IMG/VR virus record: IMGVR_UViG_3300042346_000188
Span: 17,116 to 81,115 of that record
Direction: 5' to 3' (one strand)
DNA from: a virus
DNA: 64,000 nt
Shown here: in pieces, positions 57,078-64,000 of the stretch
How positions within the stretch are numbered: position 1 is the stretch's first letter
Layout: every line of letters begins with the position of its first letter
Program-made: the position numbers and the translations under genes
Notes under the pieces: model-generated
What the model was told of the DNA's origin: nothing
Databases searched by the model: none
What the model saw: the letters and a program-made list of their open reading frames with translations, nothing else

Positions 57078-57698
57078 ATGTCACAAATTCAACAAGCATT
57101 CGTAATCGATGGTAAAGTTTTTGCTACTAAAGCTGAAGCACAAGCATTTATCCGCCGTCCGTTGATCTTAAAAGCTTTCTTAGATTTGACCAAAAATAAC
57201 GAAGAGTTATCTAACTGGTTAGTTGAAAATCAAGAAACAGTTGAGGCTGCCTTTGAAACAGGTACTATTAGACGTGTGACTAAATCTGACTACAACAAGT
57301 TAGATAAAGCATTGGCAGAGTTGACACATGGTTTCTTATTCGACAACTTGGAAGCTGTTCGTGAATCTTTCCGTTGGCCAGCTGTTAAACGCTTAACTCC
57401 AGAACAAAAAGTTGCAGAAGCTACTACATTGCTTGCTAATGCATCAGGTAATCCTGAATTAGCTGCATATGTTGTTGCTAATCAAGATGCAATTTTAGAA
57501 GGCTACAAAGCAGGCGTTGAAAAACGTGAAATTAACACTAACGCTGTAGCTGGCTTAAATGAATGGAGAGCTAGACAAGCTGCTGAAAAGGCTGAACTTG
57601 AAGCTGCTGCATTGATTGGGCCAGAAGAAGTAGAAGCCGTTAAAGAAAGACATGCTGCTGCTACTGCTGAAAGAAATGCTGCTAAAGCTGCTGCATAA
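57078..57698 (+). CDS. hypothetical, probably highly expressed protein (206 aa)
   Basis: Own 19-bp box and terminator; GGAG RBS; strong GCT/GAA/AAA codon bias; Ala/Glu-rich C-terminal helix. Confidence 0.75.
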   Translation: MSQIQQAFVIDGKVFATKAEAQAFIRRPLILKAFLDLTKNNEELSNWLVENQETVEAAFETGTIRRVTKSDYNKLDKALAELTHGFLFDNLEAVRESFRWPAVKRLTPEQKVAEATTLLANASGNPELAAYVVANQDAILEGYKAGVEKREINTNAVAGLNEWRARQAAEKAELEAAALIGPEEVEAVKERHAAATAERNAAKAAA

Positions 57699-57710
57699 GT
57701 AAATTAACAA

Positions 57711-57742
57711 GACCCCTTGACCTGTATGGTTAGGGGGTTTTT
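57711..57742 (+). terminator. intrinsic terminator
   Basis: ACCCCTTGACC-TGTAT-GGTTAGGGGGT followed by TTTT. Confidence 0.75.
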
Positions 57743-57754
57743 AATCGAGGCTTT

Positions 57755-57922
57755 ATGAGATTACTAGTTATATTGATTTTAAGTATCACAACGGCTCGTG
57801 CTGATGTTAAATGGATCGGCAAGGGTAAGTGTAAAGTACAATTAATTACTGAGAAGAGACATGATATTCTCGGTGGACTTGCAACAACACATAGATTTGG
57901 GAAATTACAATGTACAAAGTAG
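57755..57922 (+). CDS. small secreted-type protein (55 aa)
   Basis: GAGG RBS; MRLLVILILSITTARA-D signal-peptide-like start; two Cys; not in the ORF track. Confidence 0.5.
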   Translation: MRLLVILILSITTARADVKWIGKGKCKVQLITEKRHDILGGLATTHRFGKLQCTK

Positions 57923-58227
57923 TAGGCATTACATTCAGACCGCAAGCAGTACAACAGTTCTACTATACTATAGCGGAAGGCAATTTAGGTTTTATAGAAA
58001 GAGAGCCTGGAAATCAGTATGATCCTAATGCAGTAAGAGTATTGGCATTGCATCATGGTACAAATAAGTTTGTATTTATTGGGTACTTGCCCAAAGGTAT
58101 GGACAAAGTGTTTAAGAGTAACTTTGCAACAATAAGGTTTATTAAAGATCGTCGATTTGAAATAATTGCTGAATACGACAAAAATCCACATCAAGAGGTT
58201 ATCAGTGTTGCGGAGAAAATAAAATGA
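57910..58227 (+). CDS. HIRAN domain protein
   Basis: VVGITFR...EREPGNQYDPNAVRV...IGYLPK. Confidence 0.8.
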   Translation: MYKVVGITFRPQAVQQFYYTIAEGNLGFIEREPGNQYDPNAVRVLALHHGTNKFVFIGYLPKGMDKVFKSNFATIRFIKDRRFEIIAEYDKNPHQEVISVAEKIK

Positions 58228-58418
58228 ACTTTATAAAAGTCACAGATCAAGGGACTAATGTATTGATTAACCTTGATAGAATCTCAGAAGTATGTATTTC
58301 AAAATCTGGAAAGAATTTCTCTGTAAGGATTTCATATGATGAGGTTAATGCTTGGTCAAACTATTTGTTAAATGAAGAAGATCTAGCTAAAATTGAAATT
58401 GCAATGGGACTAAGATGA
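58224..58418 (+). CDS. hypothetical protein
   Basis: FIKV...LINLDRI pattern; GGAG RBS. Confidence 0.6.
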   Translation: MNFIKVTDQGTNVLINLDRISEVCISKSGKNFSVRISYDEVNAWSNYLLNEEDLAKIEIAMGLR

Positions 58419-58801
58419 TGATAGAAGTTAATAAAGAGTATCGAAATATGGACTGCCACCGTGTTCTTATTGTATTAGAAAAGGATGATAGGTTTGTAGG
58501 AGTTAATTTCTTCAACGGTGATCTCTCTTGGTACCGTGGTAATGGTACATGCACAGCCGGTGTTAAATTAAATCTGTTAATGCCAGTAGAATTACAGGTT
58601 GGCAAGACTTATCTTAGCAGAGAGGGTGTTGAAGTGCTTATTGTATATATTGCAGAGAAGTCTAAGGCTGATGATCTTCCTGTATTAGGTGTATCTAAGA
58701 GAGCTGGTAAAACTGATGATGCACATTGGTACACACTTGATGGCTGTTACTATCACACTAAAGAAACTAGTGCAAATGATTTAATTCTGGAGAAACACTA
58801 A
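58415..58801 (+). CDS. amplified small-domain family protein (2 copies)
   Basis: VGKTYLSREG-x-x-VLI...LPVLG...WYTLDGCY...DLILE. Confidence 0.65.
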   Translation: MMIEVNKEYRNMDCHRVLIVLEKDDRFVGVNFFNGDLSWYRGNGTCTAGVKLNLLMPVELQVGKTYLSREGVEVLIVYIAEKSKADDLPVLGVSKRAGKTDDAHWYTLDGCYYHTKETSANDLILEKH

Positions 58802-59172
58802 TGAAGGTTGGCGATAAGATTGTAGCAAGAAATGTACCAGGTACACTATTACATATTGATGAGAACCCTGCAACAGGACTACCATATTTATGTGTATTCA
58901 TCGAAAGAGGTAAAAGTCGTGCTGAATGGCTTAGTGCAGATGACTTAAGATTAGCACCCAAATTTGTTATAGGAGAGACCTGGGTAAACAGAGAGGGTCA
59001 TAAAGTTCTTATACACTATGTTGATAACGATGCTCATCAAGACAGACAAGATGCAGTTGTCGGTATTATGCACCCACACAGCACTATGGCAAGCACAATA
59101 AAGTTTACTTTACATGGTATGTTTTACTCACACAGAGATGATGATTGGGATTTAATGGAGAAAGTACAATGA
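58801..59172 (+). CDS. amplified small-domain family protein
   Basis: IGETWVNREGHKVLI...VVG...FTLHGMFY...WDLME. Confidence 0.65.
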   Translation: MKVGDKIVARNVPGTLLHIDENPATGLPYLCVFIERGKSRAEWLSADDLRLAPKFVIGETWVNREGHKVLIHYVDNDAHQDRQDAVVGIMHPHSTMASTIKFTLHGMFYSHRDDDWDLMEKVQ

Positions 59173-59555
59173 ACTGTAAATTTACTATGTTTAAACCTAA
59201 AGGCGCATTCGAGAAAGAAGCGCTTTATCCACGTATTGCTGCAGGGTATAGAGGCGCATTACAGCGTGAAAGAAAACTCTCTAGCACTTTGCAAGTAATT
59301 GTCTTTGACCCAATAACAGGCAAACAACGCCATATTGGAGATTTACCCGCGACTTATGGAAATGTCTTCCCTTATGAATACACGGTAGCTACATTCGAAA
59401 TTATAAAGCGTAGTGGTAATAATATAACATTAGTAGTCACCAGTGTTGTAGCAAATCCCTATTTAGCAGTCGGTGAAATTGAGAGACTCGTTGATAGTAT
59501 ACCGCATGTTTTCGAGAATGACAGCAGTGCTGGCCATAAATCGAAGAAGAGATGA
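59169..59555 (+). CDS. possible degenerate HIRAN-like protein
   Basis: LQRERK..LQVIVFD..HIGDLP parallels 57910..58227; ATG 59169 with GGAG RBS. Confidence 0.45.
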   Translation: MNCKFTMFKPKGAFEKEALYPRIAAGYRGALQRERKLSSTLQVIVFDPITGKQRHIGDLPATYGNVFPYEYTVATFEIIKRSGNNITLVVTSVVANPYLAVGEIERLVDSIPHVFENDSSAGHKSKKR

Positions 59556-59576
59556 CGTTTAATTCTGGAGGTATTC

Positions 59577-59847
59577 TAAGATGTTAAACTCAGGCGAGGC
59601 AAGAATATGAACGACTCACAAAAAGAAATGCGCAGATTTACTAGATTACTTGCCTTAAGGGATGAATTGTGTCCTGACTTTGTAGTTGATTGGTCTTTGG
59701 AGAATAAGGGTAATTTTGTATTGCGCTTTAGTTTTCTTCAAAATGTATGGCAGCCTGACCCTTATGGAACTTATGATGGAAAAATTGGACCTTACTTTAG
59801 CAAAGAAGCGGCTGAAATAGCTTGTAAGATGTTAAACTCAGGTGAGG
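59577..59847 (+). repeat. 23-bp direct repeat pair TAAGATGTTAAACTCAGGyGAGG
   Basis: Copies at 59577-59599 and 59825-59847, one mismatch. Confidence 0.75.
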
Positions 59848-59858
59848 TAGAACTATAA
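59607..59858 (+). CDS. hypothetical protein
   Basis: GAGG RBS; flanked by a 23-bp direct repeat. Confidence 0.65.
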   Translation: MNDSQKEMRRFTRLLALRDELCPDFVVDWSLENKGNFVLRFSFLQNVWQPDPYGTYDGKIGPYFSKEAAEIACKMLNSGEVEL

Positions 59859-59864
59859 CCAACC

Positions 59865-59945
59865 CCCTCTCTACTCTCTCATTTGGATGCCTTCGGGTGT
59901 TCATTTGGGAGGGTAGGGAGGGATTCCCCCCTTATTTTTTTTTCG
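59865..59945 (+). terminator. long hairpin plus U-tract ending the middle region
   Basis: 17-bp stem, UU/UU internal loop, 8-bp stem with cUUCGg loop, then TTCCCCCCTTATTTTTTTTT. Confidence 0.75.
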
Positions 59946-59960
59946 CTTTAAGGATATTAT

Positions 59961-60308
59961 ATGAGCCATAAAACACGCAAAATTTGGATAGCAGCAAACG
60001 GCCCAATACCTAATGGTTATGAAATAGATCATATTGATCAAGACAATACTAATGATGATTTATCAAATTTAAGACTTGCAACACGTGCTGAAAATTGTCG
60101 TAATAGAAAGAAATGGGAAAATACAACAAGCCGGTATAAAGGTGTATATTGGTGTAAGCGCAGGCAAAACTGGATAGCCCAAATAAGGTACCATAATAAA
60201 ACTTATTATATCGGTAAGTTTGATAATGAATATGAAGCTCATTTGGCCTGGGTAGCATCAACCGAATCGCTATACGGAGAATTCTTTAACAATGGTATCA
60301 GAACATAG
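59961..60308 (+). CDS. HNH-AP2 endonuclease
   Basis: IDHIDQDNTNDDLSNLRLATRAENCRN plus AP2 SRYKGVYW..W-x-AQI..YIGKF..EAH. Confidence 0.9.
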   Translation: MSHKTRKIWIAANGPIPNGYEIDHIDQDNTNDDLSNLRLATRAENCRNRKKWENTTSRYKGVYWCKRRQNWIAQIRYHNKTYYIGKFDNEYEAHLAWVASTESLYGEFFNNGIRT

Positions 60309-60519
60309 TTCAGATGGTGATATTAGATCACCTTATAAAGGAGTCTTTTGGCATACTAAAAGATGTAAGTGGGTAGCCAGTAGTCGTGTAATACAAAAGT
60401 TTAGAGTTGAAAAGAAATATATTGGTGCTTTTGATTGCCCTCATGAAGCTTATAAAGCTCGTAAGGCATTCGAAGAACAATTAGAGCCTCAATGGGAATT
60501 GGTACCTTACGATGACTAG
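60292..60519 (+). CDS. stand-alone AP2-domain protein
   Basis: SPYKGVFW..KWVAS..YIGAFD..EAYKARK without HNH. Confidence 0.7.
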   Translation: MVSEHSSDGDIRSPYKGVFWHTKRCKWVASSRVIQKFRVEKKYIGAFDCPHEAYKARKAFEEQLEPQWELVPYDD

Positions 60520-60538
60520 ACCCCGTTAAATTAACCCT
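60520..60538 (+). promoter_or_regulatory. 19-bp box, copy 4
   Basis: Exact repeat. Confidence 0.7.
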
Positions 60539-60613
60539 TTAGCTGCCCCCTTAATTATCCATCATTTATAGTTATTCTTTAATTAATACTTATTAATATA
60601 ATAACATTACTTA

Positions 60614-60632
60614 ACCCCGTTAAATTAACCCT
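60614..60632 (+). promoter_or_regulatory. 19-bp box, copy 5
   Basis: Exact repeat, upstream of the late packaging genes. Confidence 0.7.
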
Positions 60633-60695
60633 AAAAATTAAATAAATAAGAATAGTACGTAAAATTGCTATTCGATTGAAAACCTAGAGGTTTGT

Positions 60696-61103
60696 ATGAG
60701 TGAGTTGACGAGAATCCACAGTATCAAGCGTGGTGGTCATGCGGCTATTAACAAACTTAACGAATTGAGATTTGATCCGATCTATGAACTGGTTACTAAA
60801 TATCGTGAGATAGAGAAACAAATAGAGTTCTATAATGATTGGAGAGACAACATTATTGTACCTTTGACGTCTACCGGCAAGACACGTACATATAATCAAG
60901 AAATACATATGAATCTCTATGACAAGTTAACTAATGTCGCTGAAAAGCTATTAAGATATGGGTATGGTAGAGTACCCGAATTACACGAAGAAGCTGTACA
61001 AGAACGTGTACCATTAATCATAAACCTCAATAAAGAGGGCGATACATATATAATTGGAGAGCAAAATGAGTTACCTGATGATTTACCTGTTGATAACTAT
61101 TAG
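60696..61103 (+). CDS. putative terminase small subunit
   Basis: Size, helical character and position upstream of terL; FDPI-x-EL and LLRYGY motifs. Confidence 0.5.
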   Translation: MSELTRIHSIKRGGHAAINKLNELRFDPIYELVTKYREIEKQIEFYNDWRDNIIVPLTSTGKTRTYNQEIHMNLYDKLTNVAEKLLRYGYGRVPELHEEAVQERVPLIINLNKEGDTYIIGEQNELPDDLPVDNY

Positions 61104-61239
61104 CCTGTACTATATAGGCTTTATTGCGTATTCAATACTTGTACCTACAGTAACAGACCGTGCTCTAAATTGGCTGGTTATGATGGTTTGCTTGAACTCA
61201 TTTATCTACATATGGTACCAAGTATGCTCCTCAACCTAA
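61066..61239 (+). CDS. small two-TM membrane protein
   Basis: GGAG RBS; two hydrophobic segments. Confidence 0.5.
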   Translation: MSYLMIYLLITISLYYIGFIAYSILVPTVTDRALNWLVMMVCLNSFIYIWYQVCSST

Positions 61240-61352
61240 TTATACTGGGTATTGGCCCATTTGTAGAACTTAATACATGGATAGCTATGGTGTATGCAAT
61301 AACAATGCTTAGATTGTTTGCAGGTGCCTTGGAGATTATTCGTGGCTATTAA
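61212..61352 (+). CDS. small membrane protein
   Basis: Hydrophobic ORF filling the gap before terL; start uncertain. Confidence 0.4.
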   Translation: MVPSMLLNLIILGIGPFVELNTWIAMVYAITMLRLFAGALEIIRGY

Positions 61353-62670
61353 CCTGCACCCTGCGCAATCTGAAATATATCGCGCCTTATTTATTGATCG
61401 TAGTGTAAGATATGCAACCGTTTGTTGTGCTCGGGGCTGGGGTAAATCCTATAAAGCTGCCGTAGCTGCTATCTCAGCAATATTTGAACTATTAGAATTA
61501 CCTCATAATGTACCTAATAAAAAAGTGTACATTATCGCTCCTACCTTTGATCAGGTGAAGGATATTTACTATCCTCTTATAAACTATGACCTTGGGATGG
61601 AGCATTATGCAATTAAAGCATCTAGAGACACAGGACGTTTTCTATTTCCAGGTAATGTAGAATTAATACTATTATCCTTTGAATCGGTAGAACGTATGCG
61701 TGGTAAGGGTGCTTATTTTGTAGTATGGGACGAAGTCTCTTCTTGTACTAAAGGTATTACTGCCGAAGAAGCTTGGCAATCTGTTATACAACCTACTATT
61801 GCTACTAGATGGAGTAATAGAAGAGCAAAAGCAGTTGGTGCTAAATCTCCTGGGCGTGCATTAGCTATTAGTACTCCAAAAGGGTATAATTTCTTTCATG
61901 AAATGTGTATGTACCACGAAACAGATCCTGATTGGGGTTTCTGGCAATATGATTATTTACAATCACCATTCCTTGATCCTGTTGAGATTGAAAAGTTAAA
62001 AGATAAGCTAGACCCTGTAACATGGGCCTCAGAATATATGGCTTCATTTGCAGAGTCTGGTAATAGCGTATTCTATTGTTTTGATAGAAAGAAACATGTA
62101 GATGCTCATTTACAATACTTTGAACCAGGAGAAGATGTACATGTCTGTATCGACTTTAACGTCATGCGACAATGTTCTAGCATCTTTGCACTCAGAGGTC
62201 ATCAGATGCAGTTTATCGATGAGATGCAAGGACACCCAGACACTGAAGCCCTCGCTATCGCTCTTAAAACTAAATTCCAAGGGCATAAGATCTACGCCTA
62301 TCCTGATCCATCAGGAAGAGCTAGAAAGACTTCTGCGCCAGTGGGACGAACGGATTTTAGCATATTAGAATCTAATGGTATTATTTGTATAGCACATAGA
62401 GCAGCGCCACCCATTGTGGATAGTGTAGCGGCTGTTAATCGTAAGTTACATACAGCATCTGGTAAAATAGATATGTATGTACATCCCAGATGTAGTGGTA
62501 CCATTTTATCATTAGAGAGAACAAAGTGGACTGACCGCAACTTAGATATAGCGACTATCGATAAGTCGGAAGGTATAGAACATTTCTCTGATGGTGTACG
62601 CTACGCAGTAGAGTATCTATATCCAATTCAAACAGGTGGGAAAAGAACTTCCCGAGGTTTCAACTTTTAA
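61342..62670 (+). CDS. terL: terminase large subunit
   Basis: LHPAQ, Walker A ARGWGKS, IIAPTFDQ, Walker B VVWDE, STPKG, nuclease IDFN and HFSDGVRY; GTG start at 61342 with GGAG RBS. Confidence 0.93.
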   Translation: MAINLHPAQSEIYRALFIDRSVRYATVCCARGWGKSYKAAVAAISAIFELLELPHNVPNKKVYIIAPTFDQVKDIYYPLINYDLGMEHYAIKASRDTGRFLFPGNVELILLSFESVERMRGKGAYFVVWDEVSSCTKGITAEEAWQSVIQPTIATRWSNRRAKAVGAKSPGRALAISTPKGYNFFHEMCMYHETDPDWGFWQYDYLQSPFLDPVEIEKLKDKLDPVTWASEYMASFAESGNSVFYCFDRKKHVDAHLQYFEPGEDVHVCIDFNVMRQCSSIFALRGHQMQFIDEMQGHPDTEALAIALKTKFQGHKIYAYPDPSGRARKTSAPVGRTDFSILESNGIICIAHRAAPPIVDSVAAVNRKLHTASGKIDMYVHPRCSGTILSLERTKWTDRNLDIATIDKSEGIEHFSDGVRYAVEYLYPIQTGGKRTSRGFNF

Positions 62671-62680
62671 GGATATTAAG

Positions 62681-63061
62681 ATGGAAACACAAGACTGGGT
62701 CAACATCTTTATTGGTGTTGGAGGGACTATTGCAACGACTTTTATAGGGTTGTTAACAACCAAGTTCAAAAGTCTAGAGGACGACCATGATGTGGCTATT
62801 CAAGCATTAAACGATTTAAGAATTTTAATTGCAACTGATTATGTTAAAAGAACAGATTTAAATGTACATCTTAGTGAGATATCTCGCAAACTAGATAAGT
62901 TAGAAGAATTAGAGGTACAAATGTCTACTCATTATGCACGTAAAGAAGATTTGAGAGGTCTAGGCGATAGTTTGGGAAAGAAACTAGACCTAGTACTCGA
63001 AAAGTTAGAGAGAAAAGTAGATAAATACGATTATACCCCGGAACGGAGGAATAATGGCTAG
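62681..63061 (+). CDS. N-terminal TM / coiled-coil protein (possible lysis accessory)
   Basis: AAGGA RBS; one TM then two Y-x-[KR]-[KR]-x-DL...KLD repeats. Confidence 0.55.
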   Translation: METQDWVNIFIGVGGTIATTFIGLLTTKFKSLEDDHDVAIQALNDLRILIATDYVKRTDLNVHLSEISRKLDKLEELEVQMSTHYARKEDLRGLGDSLGKKLDLVLEKLERKVDKYDYTPERRNNG

Positions 63062-63638
63062 GTCTAGAATAAATGTAATAACAACAGATTTAATATCCGA
63101 TGCTGGTAATTCATTATGGTCATTGGTACAAGGTGAGCAACTTGAGTACCCAATTACAGTGGGTTTCTTAGGGCGTACTGACTTAGGCCATACATTTAGT
63201 GCTGTTGTTGCTGAAGGTTTAAACACAACAATCGGTAAGGATAAAATACCAACTGCAATAAGACCAAACGGTATTGTTACCACACTCTCCATTAGAAATC
63301 CAGTTAATAGAGATTTATGGAATGCTACCCTTGCTTACAATGCAGAGGAAATTGTTCTCTACAACAATAGCTATTACAGATTAACAACTGGTACATCTAG
63401 AGTAAACAGTACAACACCTGCTTTAGATAGTGCGTGGGCATTAACATCCCCTAATATTATTTACATTAGATTCCCCGAGACACTCGGGACAAATTGGTTA
63501 GTAGGCCCGTCAGTAAGCAAAGCTGCATATGGATTCTTCGAACTACAAGTTTCGGAGCCACCTGCGGTACTGTTTAAAAGAGTATGGAAACCTGTACGCG
63601 GAACTGTGGAGCTATTATTTAGTCCCACAGAATTATAG
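63054..63638 (+). CDS. putative virion structural protein with CBM5/12-like insert
   Basis: GGAGG RBS; W-x-x-x-x-AY-x-x-x-x-IV-x-Y-x-x-x-YY...P..W motif. Confidence 0.5.
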   Translation: MARSRINVITTDLISDAGNSLWSLVQGEQLEYPITVGFLGRTDLGHTFSAVVAEGLNTTIGKDKIPTAIRPNGIVTTLSIRNPVNRDLWNATLAYNAEEIVLYNNSYYRLTTGTSRVNSTTPALDSAWALTSPNIIYIRFPETLGTNWLVGPSVSKAAYGFFELQVSEPPAVLFKRVWKPVRGTVELLFSPTEL

Positions 63639-64000
63639 TGTATGTTGTAACACCTCTTGAGAAGACAGTTAATGCAATCCTAGCAAAAACTACAACAATT
63701 TCAGCAGTAACACCCTCAATAACTAATATATTAGCTAATGTTTCAGTAACTTCAATAATAGCTTCAGGCGAGATTCAAGACTTAGTCTTTGCACCTGTAG
63801 TACCAATAACTGTCATTGATGGTAATACGATAGTTACACCTACATTAGCATACTCTCCTGTTTTAGAAAATATATCAAGCAGTATTAGTATGATGCCTTA
63901 CACGGCAAGTGCAGCTACTGTTTTACAATATGAACTAACAGGTGTCGAGAAAGCTCCTACTATTTTGTACTCATCGCTAGATGCAGAGTATGTTATGGAT
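63638..64000 (+). CDS. partial ORF (Thr/Val/Ser-rich, probably structural), runs off the window
   Basis: GTG overlapping the previous stop; open for 121 codons to the window end. Confidence 0.5.
   Translation, partial: MYVVTPLEKTVNAILAKTTTISAVTPSITNILANVSVTSIIASGEIQDLVFAPVVPITVIDGNTIVTPTLAYSPVLENISSSISMMPYTASAATVLQYELTGVEKAPTILYSSLDAEYVMD

Noticed and set aside
1083-63292. The many minus-strand ORFs in the six-frame track
   Set aside because: Nearly all are antisense shadows of long + strand genes (the rest cross intergenic gaps), with no RBS or recognisable motifs
1-64000. Prophage status or alternative genetic code
   Set aside because: No integrase, repressor or host genes; long ORFs are intact under the standard code and all three stop codons end genes

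Overview
The window is about 64 kb of a lytic, AT-rich tailed-phage genome with essentially all genes on the + strand. It starts mid-way through the tail module and ends just after the terminase; no portal or capsid genes were recognised. 1-35.6 kb is a siphovirus-type tail module. It has a tail terminator, two tandem paralogous tail-tube genes, a lambda-like GGGAAAG -1 frameshifted chaperone pair, a 4352-aa tape measure protein with an internal lytic transglycosylase, a Dit-like protein, a 3118-aa repeat-rich tip protein, an S74-chaperone tail fibre and a double polyglycine adhesin, followed by a GNAT-like gene, phoH and a holin-like gene. 35.6-39.4 kb is a G-rich non-coding island and an early region. 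That region has three identical 22-bp promoter-like boxes, an AcrVA2/FinQ-like first gene and two type III hammerhead ribozymes. 39.4-54.7 kb holds a T7-type single-subunit RNA polymerase and a T7-like replication/nucleotide module (SSB, PolA, MazG-like, 5'-3' exonuclease, primase-helicase, NrdB/NrdA, ATP ligase, PNK-like kinase). 54.7-60.5 kb is small accessory genes, including an amplified family of an unassigned ~55-aa domain, HIRAN and HNH-AP2 proteins. 60.7-64 kb is terminase and the first late genes. The most notable signals are non-coding: two covarying hammerheads, two H-type pseudoknots, two 17-bp-stem hairpins with the same architecture, a perfect 19-bp box in 5 copies, and four GC-rich islands with roughly helically phased GGCA/TGCC words, two of them inside coding sequence. 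All protein assignments come from motif recognition by eye; no searches were run.
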